Part shown: positions 1 through 8,577 of the stretch, piece after piece
How the letters are laid out: every line of letters starts with the position of its first letter
Position numbering within the stretch: position 1 is the first letter of the stretch
DNA from: an uncultured Acidobacteriota bacterium
GTDB lineage: Bacteria > Acidobacteriota > Vicinamibacteria > Vicinamibacterales > 2-12-FULL-66-21
Assembly (NCBI GenBank): GCA_963785755.1
Contig: CAWAXG010000075.1
Span: forward strand, 676,837 to 740,836
Direction of reading: 5' to 3'
DNA length: 64,000 nucleotides
Position numbers and translations under genes: made by a program
The notes under the pieces: model-generated
What the model was told of the DNA's origin: nothing
What the model saw: the letters and a program-made list of their open reading frames with translations, nothing else
Database searches by the model: none

Positions 1-92
1 TGGAACAGGCCGACAAGGGCGCGGACCTGGACTTCCTTCGAGGCTGCCGCGGCCATGCCGTGCCGCGAGAATCTCATTAGGAGAAGCTGCGC

Positions 93-845
93 TTGAACCA
101 ATACGACCTCAGAGGCCGGCGGGCCGTCGTGACCGGAGCGGCACAAGGGTTTGGACGTGCCATCGCCGAACGTTTCCTGCTGTCAGGCGCGCGCGTGGCG
201 CTGTGGGACGTCGATGCCGAGGAAACGGCGCGGACGGCGGCCGAGCTCTCGGGCGCCGGCGAGACGTTCAGCAGAACCGTCGATGTGTCGGACATCGCCG
301 AGGTGGATGCCGCGACCGCTGAGACCGTGCGCGCGTTCGGGGGTATCGACATCCTCGTCGCGAACGCCGGCATTGCCGGACCGAATCACAAGACCTGGGA
401 ATACCCGCCCGAGGACTGGCGCCGCGTCATCGACGTCGACCTGTTGAGCGTGTTCTACTGCTGCAGGGCGATCGTTCCCGTCATGCTTCAGCACAAGTAC
501 GGACGCATCGTCACGATTTCATCGGTCGCCGGGAAGGAAGGCAACGCGAACGCCTCCGCGTACAGCACGGCGAAGGCCGGCGTGATCGCCCTGACGAAGT
601 CGCTCGGCAAGGAACTGGCGGGTGAGAACATCGCGGTCAACTGCATCACGCCCGCCGCGGCGAAGACGCGCATCTTCGAACAGATGTCGCAGTCTCACCT
701 CGACTGGATGCTGTCGAAGATTCCCCGCGGACGCTTTCTGGAGATCGCAGAGCTTGCCTCGCTCGCCACCTGGCTGGCGTCGGAGGAGAACTCGTTTTCG
801 ACTGGCGCGGTGTTCGACATCAGCGGTGGACGCTCAACGTACTAG
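93..845 (+). CDS. SDR-family NAD(P)-dependent oxidoreductase
   Basis: 250-aa ORF. TTG start at 93 with AGGAGAA about 7 nt upstream. Rossmann motif VVTGAAQGFG and catalytic YSTAK (YxxxK) motif of classical SDRs. Confidence 0.85.
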   Translation: MNQYDLRGRRAVVTGAAQGFGRAIAERFLLSGARVALWDVDAEETARTAAELSGAGETFSRTVDVSDIAEVDAATAETVRAFGGIDILVANAGIAGPNHKTWEYPPEDWRRVIDVDLLSVFYCCRAIVPVMLQHKYGRIVTISSVAGKEGNANASAYSTAKAGVIALTKSLGKELAGENIAVNCITPAAAKTRIFEQMSQSHLDWMLSKIPRGRFLEIAELASLATWLASEENSFSTGAVFDISGGRSTY

Positions 846-870
846 CGAGGATGCTGAAAAACGTCGCCGC

Positions 871-966
871 GACAACTCCCAACTTCCAACCTCCAACTCC
901 CAAGGAGCTCAGAGCCGATCGACCAAGAGTTTTTTGGGAGTTGGAAGTTGGAGGTTGGAAGTTGAC
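871..966. repeat. Family A simple-word hairpin element, copy A1
   Basis: Left arm caactcccaacttccaacctccaactcccaa (873-903) and right arm ttgggagttggaagttggaggttggaagttg (934-964) are imperfect reverse complements around a ~30-nt loop. Ends in GTTGAC. Fills the SDR-FAH intergenic gap. Confidence 0.85.
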
Positions 967-1011
967 ACATTCATTTGCCTCTTCGCGAGCGCTCTCTCTC
1001 GAGGTGCGGAT

Positions 1012-1863
1012 ATGAAACTTCTCAGATACGGCCCCCCCGGACACGAGAAACCGGGGCTCCTCGATGCCGCGGGCGACATCCGCGATTTGTCCGGCGTGAT
1101 TCCCGACCTCGCCGGAGACGTGCTGCTGCCGGAGTCGTTCAAGCGTTTACGTCAGGTCGACGCCGCGACGCTCCCGCGAGTGGACGGCACGCCGCGCCTT
1201 GGTCCCTGCGTCGCCGGCGTCGGCAAGTTCATCTGCGTCGGGTTGAACTATTCCGACCACGCCGCAGAATCGGGCATGCCGGTTCCCTCGGAGCCGATCA
1301 TCTTCATGAAGGCGACCTCCTCGATCGTCGGACCGAACGACAATCTCGAGATTCCGAAGGGCTCCGGGAAGACGGACTGGGAAGTCGAGCTCGGAGTGGT
1401 CATCGGCAAGCCGGCGAAGTACATCGGGGAGACCAATGCGATGGACCACGTGGCCGGATTCTGCGTGGTGCACGACGTCTCGGAGCGCGCGTTCCAGCTC
1501 GAAGGCACGGGTCAGTGGGTCAAGGGGAAGAGCGCCGACACATTCGGACCGATCGGCCCGTGGCTTGTCACCCCCGACGAAGTGCCCGACTACCATGACC
1601 TCGACATGTGGCTCGAGGTGGACGGCCACCGCTATCAGCATGGCAATACCCGGACGATGGTGTTCGGCGTGCCGTATCTCGTCAGCTATCTGAGCCGGTT
1701 CATGAGCCTGCATCCGGGCGACATCATTTCGACCGGCACTCCGCCGGGAGTCGGCCATGGCTTGAAGCCACCCGTCTACCTCCGCGAGGGCAATGAAGTG
1801 CGCCTCGGGCTCGCCCGGCTCGGCGAACAGCGGCAGCGTGTCGTCGCGTACAGAGCTGACTGA
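1012..1863 (+). CDS. Fumarylacetoacetate hydrolase (FAH) family protein
   Basis: 283 aa from ATG 1012. The upstream part of ORF 622..1863 runs through element A1 and is not credible. FAH-fold strings VGLNYSDHA, EVELGVVIG, GDIISTGTPPGVG. Confidence 0.85.
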   Translation: MKLLRYGPPGHEKPGLLDAAGDIRDLSGVIPDLAGDVLLPESFKRLRQVDAATLPRVDGTPRLGPCVAGVGKFICVGLNYSDHAAESGMPVPSEPIIFMKATSSIVGPNDNLEIPKGSGKTDWEVELGVVIGKPAKYIGETNAMDHVAGFCVVHDVSERAFQLEGTGQWVKGKSADTFGPIGPWLVTPDEVPDYHDLDMWLEVDGHRYQHGNTRTMVFGVPYLVSYLSRFMSLHPGDIISTGTPPGVGHGLKPPVYLREGNEVRLGLARLGEQRQRVVAYRAD

Positions 1864-1902
1864 CGCCCCGCGGCGCCGGCTGACGCGAACGGTCGACACC
1901 TT

Positions 1903-3285
1903 ATGCCCCTTCCCGATTCCGCCGTCGGCGCGCTGACGGCAATCGTCGGCGCCGATTCAGTCCTCGTGAAGCCCGAGGACCTCGTGCCCTACAGCTTCGA
2001 CGGCACCGCGGCGCTCAAGCAGCGGCCCGAGGCGGTGGTCTTCCCGCGATCGACCGCACAGGTCGCCGAGTGCGTACGAACGGCCGGCGCGGCCCGCATT
2101 CCGATCGTCACCCGCGGCTCCGGAACAGGGCTGAGCGGCGGCAGCGTCCCGACACCCGGCAGCCTGGTGCTCTGTCTGGTGCACATGAACGCGATCCTCG
2201 ACGTGGATCCGCGCAACCTGACGTTGCGCGCGCAGCCCGGCGCGGTGACGCAGCGCATCGACGAAGCCGCCTCCCGCCATGGCCTCTTCTACCCGCCCGA
2301 TCCCGGATCGATGCGAATCAGCACGATTGGCGGCAATGTCGCGGAGAACTCGGGCGGACTCCGCGGCCTGAAATACGGCGTCACGCGCGACTACGTCATG
2401 GGTCTCGAAGTGGTGCTGCCGGATGGCCGGATCGCCCGCTTCGGGAACCAGTGCGTGAAGGATGTCGCCGGGTACTCGCTGAAAGACCTGTTCGTCGGCT
2501 CGGAAGGCACGCTCGGGATCATCACCGAGGTGCTGCTCAAGCTGGTGCCGCGTCCCGCGGCGAGGCGCACCATGCTCGCCCTCTACGATCGGATCGAAGA
2601 CGCCGCCGAGACGGTGTCCGCGATCGTCGCGGCACGCATCATTCCCTGCACGCTCGAGTTCCTCGACAACATGACGGCGGTGTGCGTCGAGGAGTACGCG
2701 CACGTCGGCCTGCCGACCGATTGCGCCGCCGTCCTGCTGATGGAAACCGACGGTCATCCGGCGGTCGTCGCGGACGAGGCCGCGCAGATGGAAGCGCTCG
2801 CCCGCGAGCACGGCGCGCGCGCGGTTCGCTCGGCGAAAGACGATGCCGAGGCGCTGCAGCTCGCGTCGGCGCGGCGCAACGCCTTCTCCGCGCTCGCGAG
2901 ACGACGGCCGACGACGATCCTCGAGGACGTCACGGTGCCGCGGAGCGAGCTCGCGACCATGGTCAGGTTCGTGGCGGAAACGGCCGCGGCCTTCGGACTG
3001 CAGATCGGCACGTTCGGTCATATGGGTGACGGCAACCTGCATCCGACATTCCTGGCCGACGAGCGGGATCAGGACGAGATGAACCGGGTTCACCAGGCGC
3101 TCGAAGCCATCGTCAAGCGCACGCTCGAGCTCGGCGGCACGATTACCGGTGAACACGGCGTGGGCCTGGCCAAGAAGCCGTGGATGCGGCAGCAATTCGG
3201 CGACGACAGCCTGGAGTTGATGCGCCAGATCAAACGGACGCTCGACCCGCATGGCCTGTTGAACCCGGGCAAGATGTTCGACTGA
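1903..3285 (+). CDS. FAD-linked oxidase, GlcD / D-lactate dehydrogenase family
   Basis: 460 aa. FAD-binding PCMH domain (RGSGTGLSGGS) and FAD-oxidase C-terminal domain (GEHGVGLAK). Confidence 0.85.
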   Translation: MPLPDSAVGALTAIVGADSVLVKPEDLVPYSFDGTAALKQRPEAVVFPRSTAQVAECVRTAGAARIPIVTRGSGTGLSGGSVPTPGSLVLCLVHMNAILDVDPRNLTLRAQPGAVTQRIDEAASRHGLFYPPDPGSMRISTIGGNVAENSGGLRGLKYGVTRDYVMGLEVVLPDGRIARFGNQCVKDVAGYSLKDLFVGSEGTLGIITEVLLKLVPRPAARRTMLALYDRIEDAAETVSAIVAARIIPCTLEFLDNMTAVCVEEYAHVGLPTDCAAVLLMETDGHPAVVADEAAQMEALAREHGARAVRSAKDDAEALQLASARRNAFSALARRRPTTILEDVTVPRSELATMVRFVAETAAAFGLQIGTFGHMGDGNLHPTFLADERDQDEMNRVHQALEAIVKRTLELGGTITGEHGVGLAKKPWMRQQFGDDSLELMRQIKRTLDPHGLLNPGKMFD

Positions 3286-3288
3286 TCC

Positions 3289-4599
3289 ATGCGCGCGACC
3301 CTCCAGACGATCGATTACGCGCTCCTGCAGCAGTGCATGCACTGCGGGATGTGTCTGCCGACCTGCCCCACCTACGATGCCACCGGCCGCGAGCGGAACA
3401 GCCCGCGGGGCCGCATCGCGCTGATGCGCGCCGTTGCCGACGGCGAGCTGCAGGTCTCGCAAACCTTTGCCGACGAGATGAGCTATTGCCTCGGGTGCCT
3501 GGCTTGTCAGACCGCCTGCCCGGCCGGCGTGAACTACAGTGTGCTGTTCGAGACGGCGCGCTCCGACATTCAGGACGCGGGCGTCAGCGCGAGCGTCAAG
3601 CGCCGCTTTTGGACGGCCGTAACGCTCAGGTTCCTGTTCATGCGCCCACGTGCGCTGCGCGCCGCCGGCCGGCTGCTGTGGCTGGTGCAGAAGAGCCGCC
3701 TCGACGTGCTGGCGCGCCGGACGGGACTGACCCGCCTCCTGCCCGCCGATCTTCGCCGGCTCGAGCCTCAGGCGCCCCGCGTGGCGGATGCGTTCTCGGG
3801 CACGCTGATCGCGCGCCAGGAATCACCGGACGGCACGCCGCGCTTTCGTGTCGCCCTGCTGACCGGCTGCGTGCAGGATCTGGCGTTCCCGGGCATCAAT
3901 AGGGACACCGCGGATGCGCTGCTCGCGAATGGATGCGCCGTCGAGACGCCGTCGCCGCAGCCATGCTGCGGCTCGCTCCACGCGCACAACGGCGAGCTGG
4001 CGATGGCGGCGGAGCTCGCGCGGCGCCTGATCGATCTGATTCCTCCCGATCGCTACGACGCGATCGTCACGAACGCGGGCGGATGCGGCTCGCATCTGCG
4101 GCACTATTCGTCGCTGCTCGCCGACGACCCTCGATATCGCGATCGGGCGCGGCAGTGGGACACGAAGCTGCGCGACATTCAGGAATGGCTGGTCGAAATC
4201 GGATGCCGGGAGCCGAAGGCGTCGCCCTGCGAGCGCCCGATCGCGGTCACGTACCACGAGTCGTGCCATCTGGTGCACGGCCAGAAGGTCTCGCGGCAGC
4301 CCCGCGCGCTGCTGCGGCTGTTGCCGGATGTCGCCTTGAGCGAGCTCCCCGAATCGACGTGGTGCTGTGGCAGCGCCGGCATCTACGCGCTCACGCAGCC
4401 CGATCAGGCGGAAGCTCTGCTCACTCGCAAGGTCGCGCACATCCGCTCGACCGGCGCCGGCATCGTCGCGACCGCGAACCCGGGGTGCCACCTTCAGATC
4501 GCCCGAGGCCTGCAGTCTGCCGGCCTGAAGGTCGAGGTGACGCATCCCATCTCATTGCTCGCCAACGCGTACCGGCGGGAAGGGCTGCCGAAACCCTAG
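3289..4599 (+). CDS. (Fe-S)-binding oxidase subunit, GlcF-like
   Basis: 436 aa, starting 4 nt after the previous stop. Two ferredoxin-type motifs (CMHCGMCLPTCP, CLGCLACQTACP) followed by Cys-rich CCG-type regions. No glcE-like gene lies between the two subunits. Confidence 0.8.
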   Translation: MRATLQTIDYALLQQCMHCGMCLPTCPTYDATGRERNSPRGRIALMRAVADGELQVSQTFADEMSYCLGCLACQTACPAGVNYSVLFETARSDIQDAGVSASVKRRFWTAVTLRFLFMRPRALRAAGRLLWLVQKSRLDVLARRTGLTRLLPADLRRLEPQAPRVADAFSGTLIARQESPDGTPRFRVALLTGCVQDLAFPGINRDTADALLANGCAVETPSPQPCCGSLHAHNGELAMAAELARRLIDLIPPDRYDAIVTNAGGCGSHLRHYSSLLADDPRYRDRARQWDTKLRDIQEWLVEIGCREPKASPCERPIAVTYHESCHLVHGQKVSRQPRALLRLLPDVALSELPESTWCCGSAGIYALTQPDQAEALLTRKVAHIRSTGAGIVATANPGCHLQIARGLQSAGLKVEVTHPISLLANAYRREGLPKP

Positions 4600-5337
4600 C
4601 CGCCCGCTGACGATCGCGCTACCGCGCTGCACGACGGCACGACGGCACGACGACGAGAGATCCTTGCAAAGATCCTTCGTGATCAGCGAGGACAGTCGAA
4701 TGCTGCCGGAATCCTGCGCGGCCGGACCGCGCCCGACGTCATGCCTCGGGAACAAGGCCAGCCACGGGATCAGCCACACCAGGCCGACCACCGCCGGAAT
4801 CAGGAACGCCATGCGCCAGCCGAGCGCCGACGCAATCAGCACGATCACGGGCGTCGCGACGGCCGACCCGAACTGGGCGCCGGCGTTGAACAACCCGCCG
4901 GCCGACGAACGGTTGCTCGAGGGGAACAAGCCGGCGATCGCCTTGATCCCGGCGGTGTAGTTGCCGCATTCGCTCACGCCCATCAGGAAGCGGAGCACCA
5001 CGAACCCGGCCAGGCCCGAGGCGAGCGCGTGCGCGCCGCCGACGATCGACCAGGCGACGAAGATCGCGGCCAGCCCCGCCCGCGTGCCGATCCGGTCGAT
5101 CAACGCTCCTACCGGCACCTGGCCCGCCATCATGCCGAGCTGGAAGGCCGCGGTAATGTAGGCGTACTCCGTCGCGGACAGCTGCATCGTCTCGCGCAGC
5201 ACCGGCGCGAGCACGGACAGCACCTGCCGGTCGATCAGATTGATGGCAATCGACGCCGACAGCAGCCCGACGATGGTCCAGCGCAGCCCGGACGAGACGG
5301 CCGGTTCGGCGCCGGCTGAAGCGTTCCCGGCCGTCAT
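4552..5337 (-). pseudogene. MFS transporter, N-terminal half only (truncated remnant)
   Basis: About the first 215 aa form a good six-TM MFS half (loop motif LIDRIGTR). After ...IRLSSLITKDL the similarity ends and the frame runs on into the 3' end of the convergent Fe-S gene. There is no room for TM7-12. Confidence 0.6.
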
Positions 5338-5456
5338 CGGCTCCGGTCAGCGCGCATCACGGCCAATGACGATCACGGCTGCACGAACCATGCGGGATCT
5401 CATATGCTTCCTCTGTGGCCAGGACCGGGGGACTGTCGTTATCGGGGGTGACGACC

Positions 5457-6299
5457 GTGAGTTTATCGCGTAGAAGACTCGACATTTGTTTGGCTCTGTG
5501 TTTCGCGGTGGTCGTGAATGCGGCCGTGCTGGCGCAGCAGAAGCCGGCCGGCCAGCCCTACAAACCTACCGTTGGGCAGGAAGGCAAGGACGCCGTCTGG
5601 GTGCCGACGTCAGCCGCCATGGTCGAGAAGATGCTCGACATGGCCAAGGTGACGCCGAAAGACTTCCTGATGGACCTCGGGTCCGGTGACGGCCGGATGA
5701 TCTTCGCGGCGGCGCGCCGCGGCGTACCCGCGCTCGGCGTGGAGTACAACCAGGACCTCGTCGAGCTGTCGAAGCAGGAAGCGATCAAGCAGGGGATCGC
5801 CGACAAGGCCATGTTCGCTCAGGGTGACATGTTCGCGGCCGACATCTCCAAGGCGACCGTGCTCGCGCTCTTCCTGCTCCCCAGCAACATCGAGAAGCTG
5901 GCGCCGAAGTTCCTGAATCTCAAGCCAGGATCGCGCATCGTCGCCAACACCTTCTGGGTGCAGGGATGGGAGGCGGACGAAACGTCCACGCTGGAAGAGA
6001 ACTGCGAGAACTGGTGCACGTCGCTGCTCTTCATCATCCCGTCCAAAGTCGAGGGCAAATGGCGCGCCGGCAAAGGCGATCTGGCGCTGACTCAGAAGTA
6101 TCAGATGGTGGAAGGCGCGCTGACCACCGCCAACGGAACACGCTCGACGGTCAAGGGCCGGCTGCGCGGCGATCAATTGAAGATGACCGTCGGCCAGACC
6201 GAATACGAAGGACGCGTCAACGGCGACACGATCGAGGCGTCCCCCACGTCAACATCCGGTCAGAACCCCGGCAAGCTGGTCGCTACCCGGGTTAAGTGA
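5457..6299 (+). CDS. Exported class I SAM-dependent methyltransferase-fold protein, paralogue 1
   Basis: The ORF opens at 5415. GTG 5457 gives MSLSRRRLDICLALCFAVVVNAAVLAQQ, a Sec-type signal. Motif I MDLGSGDGR, acidic motif II GVEYN, then a ~90-aa beta-rich C-terminal domain. Start choice is uncertain (5415/5448/5457). Confidence 0.75.
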   Translation: MSLSRRRLDICLALCFAVVVNAAVLAQQKPAGQPYKPTVGQEGKDAVWVPTSAAMVEKMLDMAKVTPKDFLMDLGSGDGRMIFAAARRGVPALGVEYNQDLVELSKQEAIKQGIADKAMFAQGDMFAADISKATVLALFLLPSNIEKLAPKFLNLKPGSRIVANTFWVQGWEADETSTLEENCENWCTSLLFIIPSKVEGKWRAGKGDLALTQKYQMVEGALTTANGTRSTVKGRLRGDQLKMTVGQTEYEGRVNGDTIEASPTSTSGQNPGKLVATRVK

Positions 6300-6374
6300 T
6301 TCCGGCTGGCTGCGGTTATATGATCGGTGCCGCCATGGGCGCTGCGAGCTCATGAGCTTCAAGGGAGACAACGA

Positions 6375-7202
6375 GTGCGCCTTCTACGTCAGCTGATTCA
6401 GGTTTCGGCGGCGGTCACCATTCTCACCAGCGCCGCCTGGGCGCAGGCGCCCGCCCCGGCGCAGGAACCCTTCAAGCCCACGGTTGGTCAGGCGGGCAAG
6501 GACGTCGTGTGGGTGCCAACGCCCGCAGCCCTGGTCGAGAAGATGCTCGATATGGCGAAGGTCACGCCCCAGGACCACGTCATGGATCTCGGGTCGGGCG
6601 ATGGACGGAACATCATTGCGGCGGCCAAGCGGGGCGCGACGGCGGTCGGCGTCGAATACAACCCCGACATGGTGGAGCTGTCCAAGCGCGAGGCGGCGGC
6701 GCAGGGCGTCGCCGGCAAGGCGAGCTTCATCCAGGGCGACATGTACGAGGCCGACATCTCCAAGGCCACCGTCCTGGCCTTGTTCCTCCTCCCGCACAAC
6801 CTCACCAAGCTCACGCCGAAGTTCCTCGCGCTGAAGCCGGGGACGCGAATTGTTGGCAACACATTCGCGCCGGAGGGATGGGAGGCGGACGAATCCGAGA
6901 CGATCAGCGGCGACTGCGTGAGCTGGTGCACGTCCCTGCTCTGGATCGTGCCGTCCAAGGTCGAAGGCGCCTGGAAGCTGGCAGCAGGCGACCTGGCGCT
7001 GAAGCAGGAGTTCCAGATGGTCTCCGGCACGCTCACCACGAACGGGAAGCCATCACCGGTGACCGGCAGACTGCGCGGCGATCAGATCACGTTCACCGCG
7101 GGCGGCACCGAGTACACCGGACGCGTCGCCGGCGACACGATGGAAGGCGCGGTGAAAGCGAACGCGACGAACGGTAACTGGTCCGCCACCCGCGTTCGCT
7201 GA
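6375..7202 (+). CDS. Exported class I SAM-dependent methyltransferase-fold protein, paralogue 2
   Basis: GTG 6375 has GGGAG 7 nt upstream. Signal peptide ...ILTSAAWAQA. Colinear with the upstream paralogue and roughly two thirds identical by eye. Same MDLGSGDGR / GVEYN motifs. Confidence 0.75.
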   Translation: MRLLRQLIQVSAAVTILTSAAWAQAPAPAQEPFKPTVGQAGKDVVWVPTPAALVEKMLDMAKVTPQDHVMDLGSGDGRNIIAAAKRGATAVGVEYNPDMVELSKREAAAQGVAGKASFIQGDMYEADISKATVLALFLLPHNLTKLTPKFLALKPGTRIVGNTFAPEGWEADESETISGDCVSWCTSLLWIVPSKVEGAWKLAAGDLALKQEFQMVSGTLTTNGKPSPVTGRLRGDQITFTAGGTEYTGRVAGDTMEGAVKANATNGNWSATRVR

Positions 7203-7209
7203 CGTCCGC

Positions 7210-7689
7210 TCAGCCCTTTTTGTAGGTCGTCTTCGTCGTAACCGGCGCGCCGCTCTGGAAATCCGGTCGGGTGGTCTCGACCAGCAGATTCCCTGATGGA
7301 TCGAGCGCCATCGTCATACTGACCTCGACCGGGTTTCCGTCGAAGCTCATCTTCGTAACGACGATCAACTTCCCGGCGTCCCACTTTGCCGTCGACAGCT
7401 GTTCGACCGCGTTGCCCTGAATATTCAGCGTGTTCTTGCTCTCGCTGCCATCGAGCTTGTAGACGCTGGTGAACTCCCCCATCTGGGTCGACCGCACGAT
7501 GGTCATCGATGCGGCATCCTGGGTGATGGTCGCGGACTGGCCAATGCCACCGAACCCCCCGCGGCCGCCGCCCGCCGGATCGGGAACCGCCGACCACTTT
7601 CCCGCGAAGCTTGGCGGCGATTGTGCCGACACACCGACCGCGAGAAGAGCCGTGACAACCAGTGCCGCAGATAAACGATTACGATTCAT
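7210..7689 (-). CDS. Small exported hypothetical protein
   Basis: 159 aa. Signal peptide MNRNRLSAALVVTALLAVGVSAQS, a GGGRGGFGG linker and a beta-rich mature part. Family not recognised. Confidence 0.65.
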   Translation of the reverse strand: MNRNRLSAALVVTALLAVGVSAQSPPSFAGKWSAVPDPAGGGRGGFGGIGQSATITQDAASMTIVRSTQMGEFTSVYKLDGSESKNTLNIQGNAVEQLSTAKWDAGKLIVVTKMSFDGNPVEVSMTMALDPSGNLLVETTRPDFQSGAPVTTKTTYKKG

Positions 7690-7757
7690 GCCTGCCTCCT
7701 GCTACGGGATGAGACCACATTCCGCCGATGCCGTTGAACACTATTCGGGTACGGTCA

Positions 7758-8576
7758 TCAGCTCGTCGTCGGGCGGGCATAGAGATACCCGCCGGCTTCT
7801 TCCAGCGTGATCGATGTCTCGAACAACTCGCTCAATCTGCCGCCGGTCAGGATATCGCCTCTCGCGCCGTCGGCGACGACGCGCCCCTGACGCAGCAGGA
7901 TTACACGCGCGATCTCTGGAACGATTTCCTCGATATGGTGAGTGATCAGAATCAGCGTGGTGCCGCCGCGCGCGATCTGCCTCACCCGCTCCATGAAGCC
8001 GTGCCGCGCGGCGAGATCCAAGCCGGTCGTCGGCTCGTCCAGCACCAGCGCGCGGGGGGATGTCGCGAGCACGCGCGCCAGCATTACCCGGCGAGCCTCG
8101 CCGCTCGACATCTGGTCGAGCGGACGCGCCGCCAGGTGCGCGGCGCCGACCATCTCGAGCGCGCGCGCGGTCCGTTCCTGCATCTCGGCCGTCACCGCGC
8201 CGTAGCGCAGAATGCCGTACGAATTGAGGAAGGTCGAGAGGACCGCCGTCCTTCCGGTAATTCTTCCTTCGCTGTTGCCGGCGACGAAGCGCTGATGCAG
8301 CGCAGACGAAACGATCCCGAGCTGGGAGCGAAGGTCGAAGATGTTCCAGTTGTCTTCGCCAAAGACCCGGACGGGCGGGGCGCCGTTGAGGCGCGCCAGC
8401 GGCCGTTCGTTGTGGGTGAGGAGGTTCACGAGCACCGACTTGCCGGCGCCATTCGGTCCGAGGATTACGGTGTGCTCGCCCTGATGAATCGTCAGCGTGA
8501 GGCCGTCGAGCACGCGACGGTCGTCCTTGACGACCGTCGCGTCATCGAGCTCGAGAATGGGGTCACGGAGCGTCAA
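7758..8576 (-). CDS. ABC transporter ATP-binding protein (orphan, ModF/YlmA-like single ATPase)
   Basis: 272 aa, TTG start. Walker A GPNGAGKS, signature MSSGEARRV, Walker B LVLDEPTTGLD. No permease or binding-protein gene adjacent. Confidence 0.85.
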   Translation of the reverse strand: MTLRDPILELDDATVVKDDRRVLDGLTLTIHQGEHTVILGPNGAGKSVLVNLLTHNERPLARLNGAPPVRVFGEDNWNIFDLRSQLGIVSSALHQRFVAGNSEGRITGRTAVLSTFLNSYGILRYGAVTAEMQERTARALEMVGAAHLAARPLDQMSSGEARRVMLARVLATSPRALVLDEPTTGLDLAARHGFMERVRQIARGGTTLILITHHIEEIVPEIARVILLRQGRVVADGARGDILTGGRLSELFETSITLEEAGGYLYARPTTS

Positions 8577-8577
8577 T

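Noticed and set aside
1-80. Possible 3' end of a plus-strand gene (...EQADKGADLDFLRGCRGHAVPRESH-stop at 78-80).
   Set aside because: Only 26 codons are visible and no family can be assigned, so it is too short to support as a feature.
1957-3462. Long antisense or alternative-frame ORFs typical of high-GC DNA, e.g. 1957..3462, 14047.., 26055..27725, 28612..30426, 31601..32767, 32937..34175, 35490..36374, 41016..41975, 43131..44792, most of 47004..49208, 56923..58116 and 59492..60676.
   Set aside because: Each lies opposite to, or out of frame with, a gene that has clear family motifs. Their products are Arg/Gly/Pro/His-rich with no recognisable domains.
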